Below the pieces are notes generated by a model, which was not told where the DNA came from, did not search any database, and saw only the letters and a list, made by a program, of their open reading frames with translations. Below, one piece after another: positions 1 through 10,207 of a stretch of 64,000 nucleotides of DNA. Both the position numbers and the translations under genes were made by a program. The stretch's first letter is position 1, and each line of letters opens with the position of its first letter. The stretch is from an uncultured Gammaproteobacteria bacterium (GTDB lineage: Bacteria; Pseudomonadota; Gammaproteobacteria; DRLM01): the NCBI GenBank assembly GCA_963729605.1, contig CAVSNY010000006.1, forward strand, positions 416,001-480,000, given 5' to 3'.

Positions 1-516
1 ATGCAAGTCAATAAACATAATTGGATGCTCAGTACTCTGGGAATTGAGGAGAGTAAAGCCTCTACGTTTATACCAGCTCACAGCGTTGCGTTTTGCATCG
101 ACCACCAAAAATCTACACCCCACATGAGGCATAATGTTTTGCGTTACATGAGCTATACACCAGTCGATCATTCCGGTGCCGTGCCCTTTAGATTGCAAGT
201 TTGCGTGCACAGCGAATCGAGCTATCTTTAATGCTGGAAATGTTTTATACCCGTTAGCGCCGTCACAATCGTCTAGCCGCGTTTCGGATTGATTCACTAT
301 TTCGCTGCACGTGAGAGTTATGAAACCACAGATGTCCGCATCATCGTCTAGCGAATTAACTAGAACGAAAGTTTTAGCAATATTGGATGAATGAAATTTT
401 TTAGCGTCCCTTATTAGGAACGTTTTTAGCGGATTGAAGTCTTTATCCCCGAGCGAAAACTTTTTAACTGCATCCCCGGGCCTAATTGGCCGCAGAAATA
501 GCGCGCGCTCCGACAA
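1..516 (-). CDS. GNAT N-acetyltransferase, TacT/AtaT-like toxin (3' end runs off the window)
   Basis: Manual translation from TTG at 516 with GGGAGGGAGA RBS gives MSERALFLRPI...FPALKIARFAVHANLQSKGHGTGMI...GCRFLVVDAKRNAVSWYKRRGF, i.e. the acetyl-CoA QxxGxG and YxxxGF motifs. Not in the ORF track because there is no stop in the window. Confidence 0.85.
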   Translation of the reverse strand, partial: MSERALFLRPIRPGDAVKKFSLGDKDFNPLKTFLIRDAKKFHSSNIAKTFVLVNSLDDDADICGFITLTCSEIVNQSETRLDDCDGANGYKTFPALKIARFAVHANLQSKGHGTGMIDWCIAHVTQNIMPHVGCRFLVVDAKRNAVSWYKRRGFTLLNSQSTEHPIMFIDLH

Positions 517-573
517 ATCTCCCTCCCAATAACCGAATGTCTTCCTCTGGTGGGAAGTTATAATAAAACGTAA

Positions 574-759
574 TTATTTTTTGCGAGTTGTGATCGTCGC
601 GTAACCCCGAGCATTAAACTCATTTACTAATTTTTTACCGCGCGCCAACGCATCATGAGCGGCCTTCGAAGGGCGCCCATATGTAACTTGGCGTTCAAAC
701 GCAGTTGCGTCTTCGCCGGAAATTTTGATTCCACCAAATGTGGTAGTCTTCACAGCCAT
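574..759 (-). CDS. Small putative antitoxin (61 aa) upstream of the GNAT toxin
   Basis: Co-oriented directly upstream of the GNAT gene. IKISGEDATAFERQV...RPSKAAHDAL resembles the C-terminal half of DUF1778-type antitoxins. Confidence 0.6.
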   Translation of the reverse strand: MAVKTTTFGGIKISGEDATAFERQVTYGRPSKAAHDALARGKKLVNEFNARGYATITTRKK

Positions 760-1109
760 GGATTTGACCCTTTGCCGACCGCGCTAAAAAGCAGCATTTT
801 GCTCTACTTGTTATCGACAAAAAAACCCGCAAGATTATCCGCGGGCGAAAAAAAGAAGTTTCTTAGCAGGCAATTTCCAATTACCTGGAAGTAATTATGG
901 TTCACGCTATACAATTTGTATATAGTTTGTCTACAGTTTTATAAGGCTTGAATATTGAGATTCGAATTAAGTTATTGATTTTTAAGAGTCCGCCTTCCGC
1001 CCAGTTGAGCAGCATAACGGTCTTTTCTTTTGCCAATGCTACCCCTGGCCGAATACCAGGTTCCCGAGCGCAATTTATTCAGCTTTAGGGCACGCCCAAC
1101 TTCCCCGCC

Positions 1110-1203
1110 TTTGCTCGCCAAACGGAGCCGTTCTGGTTCTGTATAAATTCGCTCTAACAGAGCCGTAGCAAAATCAACCAAATCTTCTGCGTCTGACTCA
1201 CTA
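1110..1203 (-). pseudogene. Possible C-terminal remnant of a DUF4145-like gene
   Basis: Minus frame reads SESDAEDLVDFATALLERIYTEPERLRLA, resembling DUF4145 C-termini; no intact upstream frame. Confidence 0.3.
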
Positions 1204-1604
1204 AGAGTTCTTTAAAGACTGCCTATAGAAAGAGCTTTGCCCGTTCTTAGACCGAGCCAATACAGAGGTCGGGCGGGCTTGATGGCATGCGCATGATATT
1301 GCCGGACGCCGGTTGTTTCCTTATCTGCTCTCTGCTAATGCTGCTTGCCGAGCAGGGACTGATCGGTAACTCAGCGTGAACGCTAGAAAGAACGCAAAGG
1401 GTCGAATTGAGAGGCTACCGAAATGGACTTCGTCGAGCGGCTAATAACCGTGGATTAAAATATCTAGCGGAGGAAGGGCCAAATACCAAGTGCGGCAACC
1501 ACTTCCTTATCTCACGTATGCATCAAACAAGATGCTCAAGTCAATAGCATCGCCTTCAGCGAGCCTTGGGTTTAAGTTTGACGGTTTAATCTATTGGAAT
1601 GAAC

Positions 1605-2098
1605 ATGACAGGAAACGAGTGGAAGACATACGAAGAAGTCGCAACATTCCTCCTTCATCAGTTTGCAGAGCACTTCGGCCTTGGCCGTTTTGAGGGCAAG
1701 CAAGTCGTCCCTGGAGAAAGCGGAACCAAATGGGCGATGATGCAAAGGGGTGCGCGGAAGATGGCAAGCAATTCGTCATAGTCGAATGCAAGCGGTACCC
1801 CAACAGAGGTATCAGCCAAGCAATCGTCGCTTCCTTGGCGTGGACAATTCAGGATACAGGCGCGGCTGGCGGCGTCCTTGTTTCACCAGTCGGATTTCAG
1901 GATGGCGCGAGGAAGATCGCTGCCGCCACAACAATAAGTGAAGTCACGCTCAGGGAAGACTCTACAACTACTGACTACATGCTTAAGTTCCTCAATAAAA
2001 TTTTCTGTGGCGTCTCAGACAACATCAGCATTACTGAGAGTATCTCTATTGTCATCCAAGATGAGAGCGGCAATGTCATCGAAACTCGCCGTGGGTAG
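1605..2098 (+). pseudogene. Mrr-like PD-(D/E)xK restriction endonuclease with a 1-nt frameshift
   Basis: Frame A: MTGNEWKTYEEVATFLL...GESGTKW. Frame B: DAKG...VIVECKRY...GGVLVSPVGFQDGARKIA. Restoring one base near 1739 gives W-A-I-D-A-K-G. Confidence 0.7.
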
Positions 2099-2282
2099 CT
2101 AACCGGAGTTAGAAAACTCTTTATTTACGGGACAAGAGGGTTAATCGGGATGCATCCAATTACGCTGCCAACCTATACGATTTGAAAGCTGGGATATTAC
2201 CGGGACAGAGTCCAGCGTCAAGCCGAGTTGGATTAAGCGCCATGCCTCATGTCCGATCTTCGGCTCGACATATATCCAGCTG

Positions 2283-4868
2283 TTATTTGGACTTCATCTT
2301 CCGCAGCAATGGCCCTGCATTCTCCAGATAGCGCGCAAGATACGGCGCCGTGCGGCTGGCCGCGGTCCGCGCCACTTGCGCGGGCGGGGCAGCAATCACG
2401 ATTTGTCCGCCCTCATCACCGGCGCCGGGGCCGATATCGATCACCCAGTCGCTGCCGGCGACGACGCGCATGTCGTGTTCGACTACGATGACGCTGTTGC
2501 CGGCCTCGACCAAGCCGTCGAGCTGCGCCATGAGTTTCTCGACGTCGGCCGGGTGCAGTCCCGTGGTGGGCTCGTCGAGGATGTAGAGCGTGTTGCCGCG
2601 CGAGGCCCGCTGCAGTTCGGTGGCCAGCTTGATGCGCTGCGCCTCTCCCCCGGAGAGTTCGGTGGCGGGTTGGCCGAGCCGCAGATAGCCGAGCCCCACT
2701 TCGCGCAACACATGCAGCGCGGAGTGGAGCGGCGGCGCGTCGGCAAAAAAATCCCACGCCGCGTCCACCGTCAGCGCCAACACGTCGGCGATATTTTTGC
2801 CACCGTATTTTATCTCCAGTGTTTTGGGATTGTAGCGCGTGCCATGACAGGCGGGACACGGCGCGTAAACGCTCGGTAAGAACAACAACTCAACCATCAC
2901 GAAGCCTTCGCCCTCGCAGGTGGCGCAACGGCCTTTGGCGACGTTGAATGAAAAGCGGCCGGCGTCGTAGCGCCGCGCACGTGCGGCGGCGGTCGCGGCA
3001 AATAATTTGCGCACGTGATCGAACAGCCCGGTGTAGGTGGCGAGATTGGAACGCGGCGTGCGGCCTATCGGTTTTTGATCGACCCGCACCAAGCGCTTGA
3101 TGCCTTGCAGGCCGCCACTGATGCGGCCGCCGAGCGTGGTGACCGGGCTGCGTTCGAGTTCGTCGCCCTCTTCCTCATCGGCGCCGAGGACGTGGCCGAG
3201 TTCACTCGCCACCAGTTCCACCAGCACTTGGCTGACCAGACTGGATTTGCCCGAGCCGGAAACGCCGGTGATGCTGGTGAAGACACCGAGCGGAAACGCG
3301 ACGTCGAGCGCGGAAAGATTATTGCGCGTGACACCGCTGAGGCGCAGCCATGCCGTCGGCTCACGCGGCGCGCGCTCCGCCGGCGCGTGATCGGCGAACA
3401 AATAAGCCCGGGTCTGCGACTGGGCAATCTCACGCAGGCCGTCGGGCGGACCGCTGTACAGCACGACCCCGCCGTGTTCGCCGGCGGCGGGGCCTACATC
3501 GACGATCCAATCGGCATGGCGCACCACGTCGAGTTCATGCTCGACCACGAACAGCGAATTGCCCGAGGCCTTGAGGCGATCGAGCGCGCGCAGCAGTGCT
3601 TCAGTGTCGGCGGGATGAAGTCCGGCCGATGGTTCGTCGAGCACGTACACCACGCCGAACAAATTGGAGCGTACCTGTGTCGCGAGCCGCAGGCGCTGCA
3701 ATTCACCGGGCGATAGCGTCGGCGTGCTGCGCTCCAGCGTGAGATAACCAAGGCCGAGGTCGAGCAACGCGCCGAGGCGCGCCAGCAAATCTTCGGTGAT
3801 ACGCCGCGTCACCAGCGCTTTTTCCGGGTGCTCCTTGGACAATGCGGCGAGATCGGCCGCCGAGCCCTCGGCATAAGGGCGAATCAGTTCGGCGAGTCGG
3901 ATCAACGGCAGCCGCGCGATGTCGGCGATATCGAGCCCGGCGAATTTCACCGCCAGCGCTTCGCGCCGCAAGCGTTTGCCGCGGCAGAGCGAACACTCGG
4001 TCCCCGCCAGATACTGCGCAGCGCGCCGCTTCATCAACGCGCTCTGGCTGTTGGCGAAGGTGTGCAGCACGTGACGGCGTGCGCTGGTGAAGGTGCCCAT
4101 GTAGCTCGGCTCTTCCTTGCGCTTGAGCGCGCGTCGCACCTCGGCGGGCGTGTAGCCCGCATACACCGGCACCACCGGCTGTTCGTCGGTGAAGAGTATC
4201 CAGTCGCGATCCTTCTTCGGCAGCTCGCGCCAGGGCCGGTCGATGTCGTAGCCGAGAGTCACCAGAATGTCGCGGAGACTCTGGCCATGCCAGGCGGTCG
4301 GCCAGGCGGCGACCGCGCGCTCGCGAATGGTGAGCGTGTCGTCGGGTACCAGCGAACGTTCGGTCACCTCGTAGACGCGACCCAGACCGTGGCATTGCGG
4401 ACACGCGCCTTCGGGCGTGTTCGGTGAGAACGATTCCGCATACAGCAATTCTTGGCCGCGCGGATAATGGCCGGCCCGTGAATACAACATGCGCAGCAGA
4501 TTGGCGAGCGTGGTGACACTGCCCACCGATGAACGGGTGGTGGGCGAACCGCGCTGCTGCTGCAGCGCCACCGCGGGCGGCAGGCCGTCGATCTCATCGA
4601 CATCCGGCACCGCCATTTGATGAAACAGCCGCCGAGCGTAGGGTGAAACCGATTCGAGATAACGCCGCTGCGCCTCCGCGTACAGCGTGCCGAAGGCCAG
4701 CGACGACTTACCGGAACCCGACACACCGGTGAATACCACCAGGGCACCGCGCGGAATGATGAGATCTACATTTTTAAGATTATGTTCGCGCGCACCGTGC
4801 ACACGCACGAAACCGGTAAACCGTACATCCGGCGCGGCGCGAGTAGGCTGTTTGCCCGTTTCTTTCAT
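2283..4868 (-). CDS. uvrA: Class II UvrA-like ABC ATPase (UvrA2/DrrC type)
   Basis: [11 protein letters not shown], two Walker A motifs [20 protein letters not shown] signatures, Zn-finger CxxCxGxG. At 861 aa it is shorter than class I UvrA. Confidence 0.9.
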   Translation of the reverse strand: MKETGKQPTRAAPDVRFTGFVRVHGAREHNLKNVDLIIPRGALVVFTGVSGSGKSSLAFGTLYAEAQRRYLESVSPYARRLFHQMAVPDVDEIDGLPPAVALQQQRGSPTTRSSVGSVTTLANLLRMLYSRAGHYPRGQELLYAESFSPNTPEGACPQCHGLGRVYEVTERSLVPDDTLTIRERAVAAWPTAWHGQSLRDILVTLGYDIDRPWRELPKKDRDWILFTDEQPVVPVYAGYTPAEVRRALKRKEEPSYMGTFTSARRHVLHTFANSQSALMKRRAAQYLAGTECSLCRGKRLRREALAVKFAGLDIADIARLPLIRLAELIRPYAEGSAADLAALSKEHPEKALVTRRITEDLLARLGALLDLGLGYLTLERSTPTLSPGELQRLRLATQVRSNLFGVVYVLDEPSAGLHPADTEALLRALDRLKASGNSLFVVEHELDVVRHADWIVDVGPAAGEHGGVVLYSGPPDGLREIAQSQTRAYLFADHAPAERAPREPTAWLRLSGVTRNNLSALDVAFPLGVFTSITGVSGSGKSSLVSQVLVELVASELGHVLGADEEEGDELERSPVTTLGGRISGGLQGIKRLVRVDQKPIGRTPRSNLATYTGLFDHVRKLFAATAAARARRYDAGRFSFNVAKGRCATCEGEGFVMVELLFLPSVYAPCPACHGTRYNPKTLEIKYGGKNIADVLALTVDAAWDFFADAPPLHSALHVLREVGLGYLRLGQPATELSGGEAQRIKLATELQRASRGNTLYILDEPTTGLHPADVEKLMAQLDGLVEAGNSVIVVEHDMRVVAGSDWVIDIGPGAGDEGGQIVIAAPPAQVARTAASRTAPYLARYLENAGPLLRKMKSK

Positions 4869-5290
4869 AAGCGCCCCGGTTATACGACACGAAGTGGGCT
4901 GGAGGACCGATTGGTTTAATCAGTGACGGTGGTGGGGTACATCATTAGCATAGTATAAGAAGCGTCATGACGCGGCGGTGACATGCATGGCCTCGCGCTT
5001 GCGGTTGATTACGCCGCCTAGCCGTCCACTTCCGATCAGCTCAGATCATAAACTCCGCACGTGTTAAGCACCGCATAGCCACATTTATAGCTCCAAGCGC
5101 AAGGGTAAATATTTTGCGTTTATCAAAAGTAAAGATTTCAAAACTGCTGTAAAGCCTGCACGTGAACAACACCGGTATTGCCTGATACCTTATGTAATTT
5201 CCCGAGGGACAATGGCTTGCGCGTAAAAAATTTCCGGCCTGCTATTTGCTAAGACAACCTGTGTGTTTAACTTGTAACAGGAGAGATATC

Positions 5291-5536
5291 ATGACTCAGC
5301 AGGACAAGCGCAATCAAAATCAAAACCCCAACGATCCCAACCAAAAACAAAAACCTGGTCAGCAAAATATCGGCCAGCAAAATCCTCAGAACCGGGGCAG
5401 GCAAGAGCAGGACGAGCCTGATTCCGCTCGTCAAGATTACGATACGGAAAATCCTGGCCGGAAAAACCGCAATGTGCAGGATCCGCGGGAAGCCGGCCGT
5501 AACAAAGGCCAGAAAACACCAGACCGTGTTATTTAA
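5291..5536 (+). CDS. Small Q/N-rich hydrophilic protein (81 aa)
   Basis: AGGAGA RBS before ATG 5291; MTQQDKRNQNQNPNDPNQKQKPGQQ low-complexity sequence. Confidence 0.6.
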   Translation: MTQQDKRNQNQNPNDPNQKQKPGQQNIGQQNPQNRGRQEQDEPDSARQDYDTENPGRKNRNVQDPREAGRNKGQKTPDRVI

Positions 5537-5542
5537 TGTGTA

Positions 5543-6375
5543 GAACCTATCTCAAAATTGCCTGAGCAGGATACCGATGGTTGCCAGCTGCACAAACCCG
5601 AGAAAATTCTCGGCGTAGTATTCCCAACGGACCAGGAGACGACGTTGCCATTGAAGCCAGGCAAAGAAGCGTTCCACCAGCCAGCGTCGTTCGTATCGGC
5701 GCAGGCGACGCCCGTCTTGTGTCTTGGATTTTACGCGATTCTGCCGGTGCGGCGAGATCATCTCGATGCCCTCTTGCCGCAATTCCTCGTCCAGTTTGTC
5801 GCTGTCGTAGGCACGATCGCCAATCAGATTTTCCGGCTTCGCTTCGATCATGTAGAACTCGAAACTCAGCTGCACCAGCGTGACTTCATGGTGGTTCGCC
5901 GCATGCGTACTGACCGCCAGCGGCAAGCCGTGACGATCCACAATTGCCATGATTTTAACGCCTTTTCCGCGTTTTGTCGGGCCGATCTCCGCGCCGCCGC
6001 CCTTGGCCGAGGCAAACGTGGCATCGATAAAGCATTCCGATTCATCCAGCACGCCTTCATCGCGCAGCGTGTTGGCGAGAGAGGTCATGACATCACGCAG
6101 CACTTCGTTGCGGCACCAATTCTGAAAACGGCGATGCACCGTTTTGTAGTTCGGATAGCATTGCGGCAGCATATGCCACTGCGCGCCGGTATTGAGAATC
6201 CAGAGAACGGCATCGAGGACTTGACGGGAAGAAATCGGCTTGCGACCTGCGCGCCCCGCCGCAATGTTTTCCTCCGGAAAGTGTTCCCGGATGCGTTCCC
6301 AGTGTTGGTCGCTCAGCCGTAGCATGCGGCAAATTATATGCGATTCTGCTCAGCTTGTGATTTTGAGATAGGTTC
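5543..6375 (-). mobile_element. IS5-family insertion sequence with 16-bp terminal inverted repeats and TA target duplication
   Basis: TA-GAACCTATCTCAAAAT (5541-5558) and ATTTTGAGATAGGTTC-TA (6360-6377) are exact inverted repeats enclosing a transposase. Confidence 0.93.
5552..6325 (-). CDS. IS5-family DDE transposase
   Basis: LSDQHW...TGAQWHMLP (DUF4096-like), IDAT, GDRAYDS, RWLVERFFAWL. Confidence 0.93.
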   Translation of the reverse strand: MLRLSDQHWERIREHFPEENIAAGRAGRKPISSRQVLDAVLWILNTGAQWHMLPQCYPNYKTVHRRFQNWCRNEVLRDVMTSLANTLRDEGVLDESECFIDATFASAKGGGAEIGPTKRGKGVKIMAIVDRHGLPLAVSTHAANHHEVTLVQLSFEFYMIEAKPENLIGDRAYDSDKLDEELRQEGIEMISPHRQNRVKSKTQDGRRLRRYERRWLVERFFAWLQWQRRLLVRWEYYAENFLGFVQLATIGILLRQF

Positions 6376-6390
6376 TAATAAAGATGGAAG

Positions 6391-6419
6391 TGCGTGCCGG
6401 GCTTAAATCCCGGCACGCA
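6391..6419. terminator. Hairpin between convergent genes
   Basis: TGCGTGCCGGG-CTTAAAT-CCCGGCACGCA, perfect 11-bp stem. Confidence 0.55.
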
Positions 6420-6512
6420 TGCCTAATGCCACGACCATTTGCATGATCATTTAAAGATCGGTCATCCATAATCTATACATTCTGCTGAATCATTCACGCC
6501 TTTACTCAAGCC

Positions 6513-8597
6513 TCAAGGCCGCGCCAACCAAACATTGTAGATGCCGCTGCCTTTGCGGGTTTTCAGGAACCAGCGATAATCGCCGGCGCTGCCGTTGTAG
6601 CGGATATGCTCCGTCGACGTGCCGCTGTTGGCGTTGGCGACCGCGATCCATTGTTGCCCGTCCCAGCGCTGGAGGGCGAGATCGAAGTTGGTGTCGGCGG
6701 GGCCTTGCAGCCAGCCTTCATGGATGCCGGCGTCGCTGGAGTAATGACCGCCGTCAGGTTGATACGCCGTACCTCCCACGGCGAGGCTTCCCGTGTAGCT
6801 TACACATGCCGTGCATGGCGCACTGACCGGGGCGGTGACGGTGACGACCGCGGTGCGGGTGTTGACGCCGCCGCGATCGTCGGTGACGGTGAGCGAGACG
6901 GTGTAGCTGCCCGCCGCGGTATAGGTGTAACTCGGATTGCGCAGTGTCGAGTTGCCGCCGTCGCCGAAGATCCATTGCCATGAGGCGATACTGCCGTCGG
7001 CGTCGCTGGAGGTATCGGTGAAGGCCACTTGCAAACCATTGGCCGCCGCGTTGAAGCCGGCGACCGGGTCTTGATTGGCGACCGGGACGGTGTAGCCCGC
7101 GGTCAACGCGACGCCCGCGTAATCGGCGCTCGCATGCAGCATCACATGATAAGTGGCGGCGGCGGGTGCGGCGAAAACGCAGGATTCGGCATTGCCGGTG
7201 TTGATGGAACTGCAATCAAAAATACCGGTGGTGGGCGCGCTGCCGGCGCGCACGTAGAGATCGGCATTGCCGCTGCCGCCGGCGGCGACGATCCGCAGAT
7301 CAGTGGCGCCGGCGGGAACATCGATCGTGTAATAACGGCCGCTGCCCACTGCGCCGGCGATATTTTGCAGCGTCACGCCGTTGGTCAAGGCCGTGGGTTG
7401 CGAGTCGTTCACGAACAAGGCCTGCAATAAAAGATTGGGGGAACCGGCGCCGATCGCGCTGAGCCGTCCGCTCACCGCGTTGGCCTTGATCGCCGCTTCG
7501 ACCTCGGTGGGTTTCTTGGCGGGATGCGCGGCGAGATACAACGCCGCCACGCCCGCGGCATGCGGGGTGGCCATGGAGGTGCCGCTGAGATTTTTAGCCG
7601 CGGTCGCGGCGGTGTGCCAGGCGGAGCGGATACCGACGCCGGGCGCGAAGAGATCGAGGCAGCTCCCGTAATTGGAGAAGCCGGCGCGGACGTCGTTGGC
7701 CGCGCTCGCGCCCACGGTGATCGCCTCCTTGGCGCGCGCGGGCGAACCCGCGCAGGCATCGGTCTTACCATTGCCGGCGGCGACCACATAAGTGACGCCG
7801 CTGGCGATGGAGTTGCGCATCGCATTATCCATCGCGGCGGAGGCGCCGCCGCCGATGCTCATATTGGCGACCGCCGGCGATCGATGATTGGCGGTCACCC
7901 AGTCGATGCCGGCGATGACCGACGACGTGGTGCCCGCCCCCGTGCAATCCAATACCCGCACCGCATATAACTTGACGCCCTTGGCGACGCCGTAGACCGT
8001 GCCGCCGATGGTGCCCGCCACATGGGTGCCGTGGCCGTGGCAATCCACGCCGTCGCGGCCGTCTTTCACGCTGTCGAAACCCAGGCTCGCGCGGCCGCCG
8101 AATTCGGCGTGAGGCATATAAATGCCGGTGTCGAGCACATAGACGTGCACGGTGTCCGCCGTGGTGTCGTAGTTGTACGTGGTATTGAGCGGCAGATCGG
8201 CTTGATCGATGCGGTCCAAACCCCAGGTGGCGTTGATCTCGGTGGCATCGACGGTGATGATTTGATCCTCTTCCACCAGCAGAATACCCGGATCGGCGGC
8301 GAGCGCTTCGGCCTGGCGCCGCGTCATTCTGGCGGAGAAGCCTTTGATGGCGTGTTCGAAGACGCGCTCCACCCGCGCACCGTGGGCCTTGGCGCGCCGG
8401 TCGGCGAACTCGGACACGCTGGGTCGGGATCGGAGACTGGCGGCGAGTTCATTGGAGCGGCGCACCTGGTCCGGCTTGATCTGCACGATGTATTGGTCGG
8501 TGATGGGCTGTTTGCCGCGCAAAACCGGCGCGGCCTGGCCGGCGACCGGAATCATCGATATTAGAAGCAGGGTGGCGAGTAGTCGTGCGCTCATCAT
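6513..8597 (-). CDS. Secreted S8 (proteinase K/aqualysin-like) serine protease with I9 propeptide, PPC and PKD domains
   Basis: Signal peptide MMSARLL...AGQA; WGLDRIDQ; catalytic triad motifs LDTG, HGTHVAG, GTSMATPH; PKD motif WIFGDG. Start reassigned to ATG 8597 with GAGG RBS. Confidence 0.92.
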   Translation of the reverse strand: MMSARLLATLLLISMIPVAGQAAPVLRGKQPITDQYIVQIKPDQVRRSNELAASLRSRPSVSEFADRRAKAHGARVERVFEHAIKGFSARMTRRQAEALAADPGILLVEEDQIITVDATEINATWGLDRIDQADLPLNTTYNYDTTADTVHVYVLDTGIYMPHAEFGGRASLGFDSVKDGRDGVDCHGHGTHVAGTIGGTVYGVAKGVKLYAVRVLDCTGAGTTSSVIAGIDWVTANHRSPAVANMSIGGGASAAMDNAMRNSIASGVTYVVAAGNGKTDACAGSPARAKEAITVGASAANDVRAGFSNYGSCLDLFAPGVGIRSAWHTAATAAKNLSGTSMATPHAAGVAALYLAAHPAKKPTEVEAAIKANAVSGRLSAIGAGSPNLLLQALFVNDSQPTALTNGVTLQNIAGAVGSGRYYTIDVPAGATDLRIVAAGGSGNADLYVRAGSAPTTGIFDCSSINTGNAESCVFAAPAAATYHVMLHASADYAGVALTAGYTVPVANQDPVAGFNAAANGLQVAFTDTSSDADGSIASWQWIFGDGGNSTLRNPSYTYTAAGSYTVSLTVTDDRGGVNTRTAVVTVTAPVSAPCTACVSYTGSLAVGGTAYQPDGGHYSSDAGIHEGWLQGPADTNFDLALQRWDGQQWIAVANANSGTSTEHIRYNGSAGDYRWFLKTRKGSGIYNVWLARP

Positions 8598-9168
8598 TTC
8601 ATCCTCATGGCGAAGGCCGTTGCGAAGACCGGCGGTCTTACGCATGCGGCTCATGGTAACGGCCTTGAGGGGTGGGCGAAAGCGCCAAACCCGGCTTTTT
8701 TCTCGACCTGTGAGGCCGGTCACAGGAGCGCCGACGACGGGGATGGACCCCTGCCAACCGGCACCGCTCGGCAACCGTCGAGATCGATAGCGGCGGCGGC
8801 ACGCATGCATTCGGGTTGAGCCCGTTCCTGCAATATGCGCGAGTTCGCCGTGTGATGTTAAACGGCGCGTTATTCACGGCTCCGTCATTCACTCGCGTTG
8901 CTTGGCGGCGTATTTTCGTATTTATGAGACGCGTCAGGCGTGATCACCATCGACTCCTCGTCTTGATTAAACAGCGGAAATAACTGTCTTATCAATGCAC
9001 TTACCACTACCATAGATATAGTGAGTATTATATCCCGCCGCCATCATCGCTACGCCACATAGCGCAAGGTAGCGTCGATTCCACCTTTAGGTTGCAAGCA
9101 TCAGTTCATCAGTCTATTTTTAAATAGACAAGGAATAACAAATAAAGGGTCCAGCAAGTAAAAGGAGG

Positions 9169-9579
9169 ATGGGCATCATGACGAATCTGATCGGACAACT
9201 GCTCGGCGACACCCTCGACCCACTGCTGGGGCAATTACAAAATCTGGGATTCAACGATCAACAGGCGCTCTTATTTTTGAGCCACGCCAGCGAAGAAACC
9301 CTGCACGCCTTGCAAGAGGAAGATGAGCGTACCGATATTTCGTCGATACCCGAACAAGATTTGCTGGATCTCCTGCTCGACAAAATCAATACCGACGCAC
9401 TGGCTACTAAAGTCGGAATCGAGAATAGAATGGCCGCCCAAGGTTTACCCGCCATTCTGCCCACGCTCATCCATGTATTCTCCAACGCCAGCGCCCTCGG
9501 CAATCTGGGCGGCCTGTGGGGGCAGCCTTATAAGGGCATCGCGAATAAACTCAAGGTCGGTCTCGGTAAATTAAATTAA
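9169..9579 (+). CDS. Hypothetical helical protein
   Basis: AAGGAGG RBS; 136-aa ORF in an operon with the next gene. Confidence 0.7.
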   Translation: MGIMTNLIGQLLGDTLDPLLGQLQNLGFNDQQALLFLSHASEETLHALQEEDERTDISSIPEQDLLDLLLDKINTDALATKVGIENRMAAQGLPAILPTLIHVFSNASALGNLGGLWGQPYKGIANKLKVGLGKLN

Positions 9580-9638
9580 CAACTGAAGAATTCACGCGGC
9601 ACCTCAATAACACCTAACAATAGATAAAGGAGTCTGCA

Positions 9639-10043
9639 ATGACCAAACCAGCCGGAACGAGCGACGACCCCGATCTCAACGATGTTCAAACACTTTCCAA
9701 GGCCAACATCACCAGCGAGTCTTTGCCGAAATTAAACGGCAATCCGAAAAATCAGCAGCAATTGGCCATCCAGGCCGGCCTCGCCGAAATGGCCATGCTG
9801 AAGTGGATCAATAGGGGCGATTTATCCCGCATCAAAGACCTCGCCGGCCGCTACATCGAATTGTTCGAGGCCGCGGGCGTGGACACGGTAAAAGAATTGC
9901 GCGCCTGCCAGCCGGAGCATTTGACGGATAAACTGCTACGCGTGAACGAGGTGAAACGTATAGTGCGGAAAACGCCGACGCTGCAACAGGTGCGGGCCTG
10001 GATAGCGCAAGCCAAACGCCTGGAGCCCGCTCCCACTCACTAA
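9639..10043 (+). CDS. DUF4332 domain protein
   Basis: DLSRIKDLAGRYIELFEAAGVDTVKEL...PTLQQVRAWIAQAK. Confidence 0.8.
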   Translation: MTKPAGTSDDPDLNDVQTLSKANITSESLPKLNGNPKNQQQLAIQAGLAEMAMLKWINRGDLSRIKDLAGRYIELFEAAGVDTVKELRACQPEHLTDKLLRVNEVKRIVRKTPTLQQVRAWIAQAKRLEPAPTH

Positions 10044-10069
10044 CACATCCGGCCAACGGTTTTTTTTAT

Positions 10070-10099
10070 AAGCCTTCCCCGCCAAGGGAAGGCTTTTTT
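10070..10099. terminator. Rho-independent terminator
   Basis: AAGCCTTCCC-CGCCAA-GGGAAGGCTT followed by a T tract. Confidence 0.85.
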
Positions 10100-10207
10100 G
10101 TATTCATCAATCCCCGCGCACGCGCCTTGCGGCGGCCGGCATGTTGGCAGTACCTAGGGCCCGTGCACCGCCGGTTCAACGCGTTTCAACAACACCCGAC
10201 CGACAGA

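Noticed and set aside
1515-2110. Integron cassette with attC sites around the nuclease gene
   Set aside because: Only weak CTAAC/AAAC-like fragments; no convincing paired R''/R' boxes or integrase.
5558-6322. 254-aa plus-strand ORF inside the IS
   Set aside because: Antisense shadow of the transposase with no recognisable motifs.
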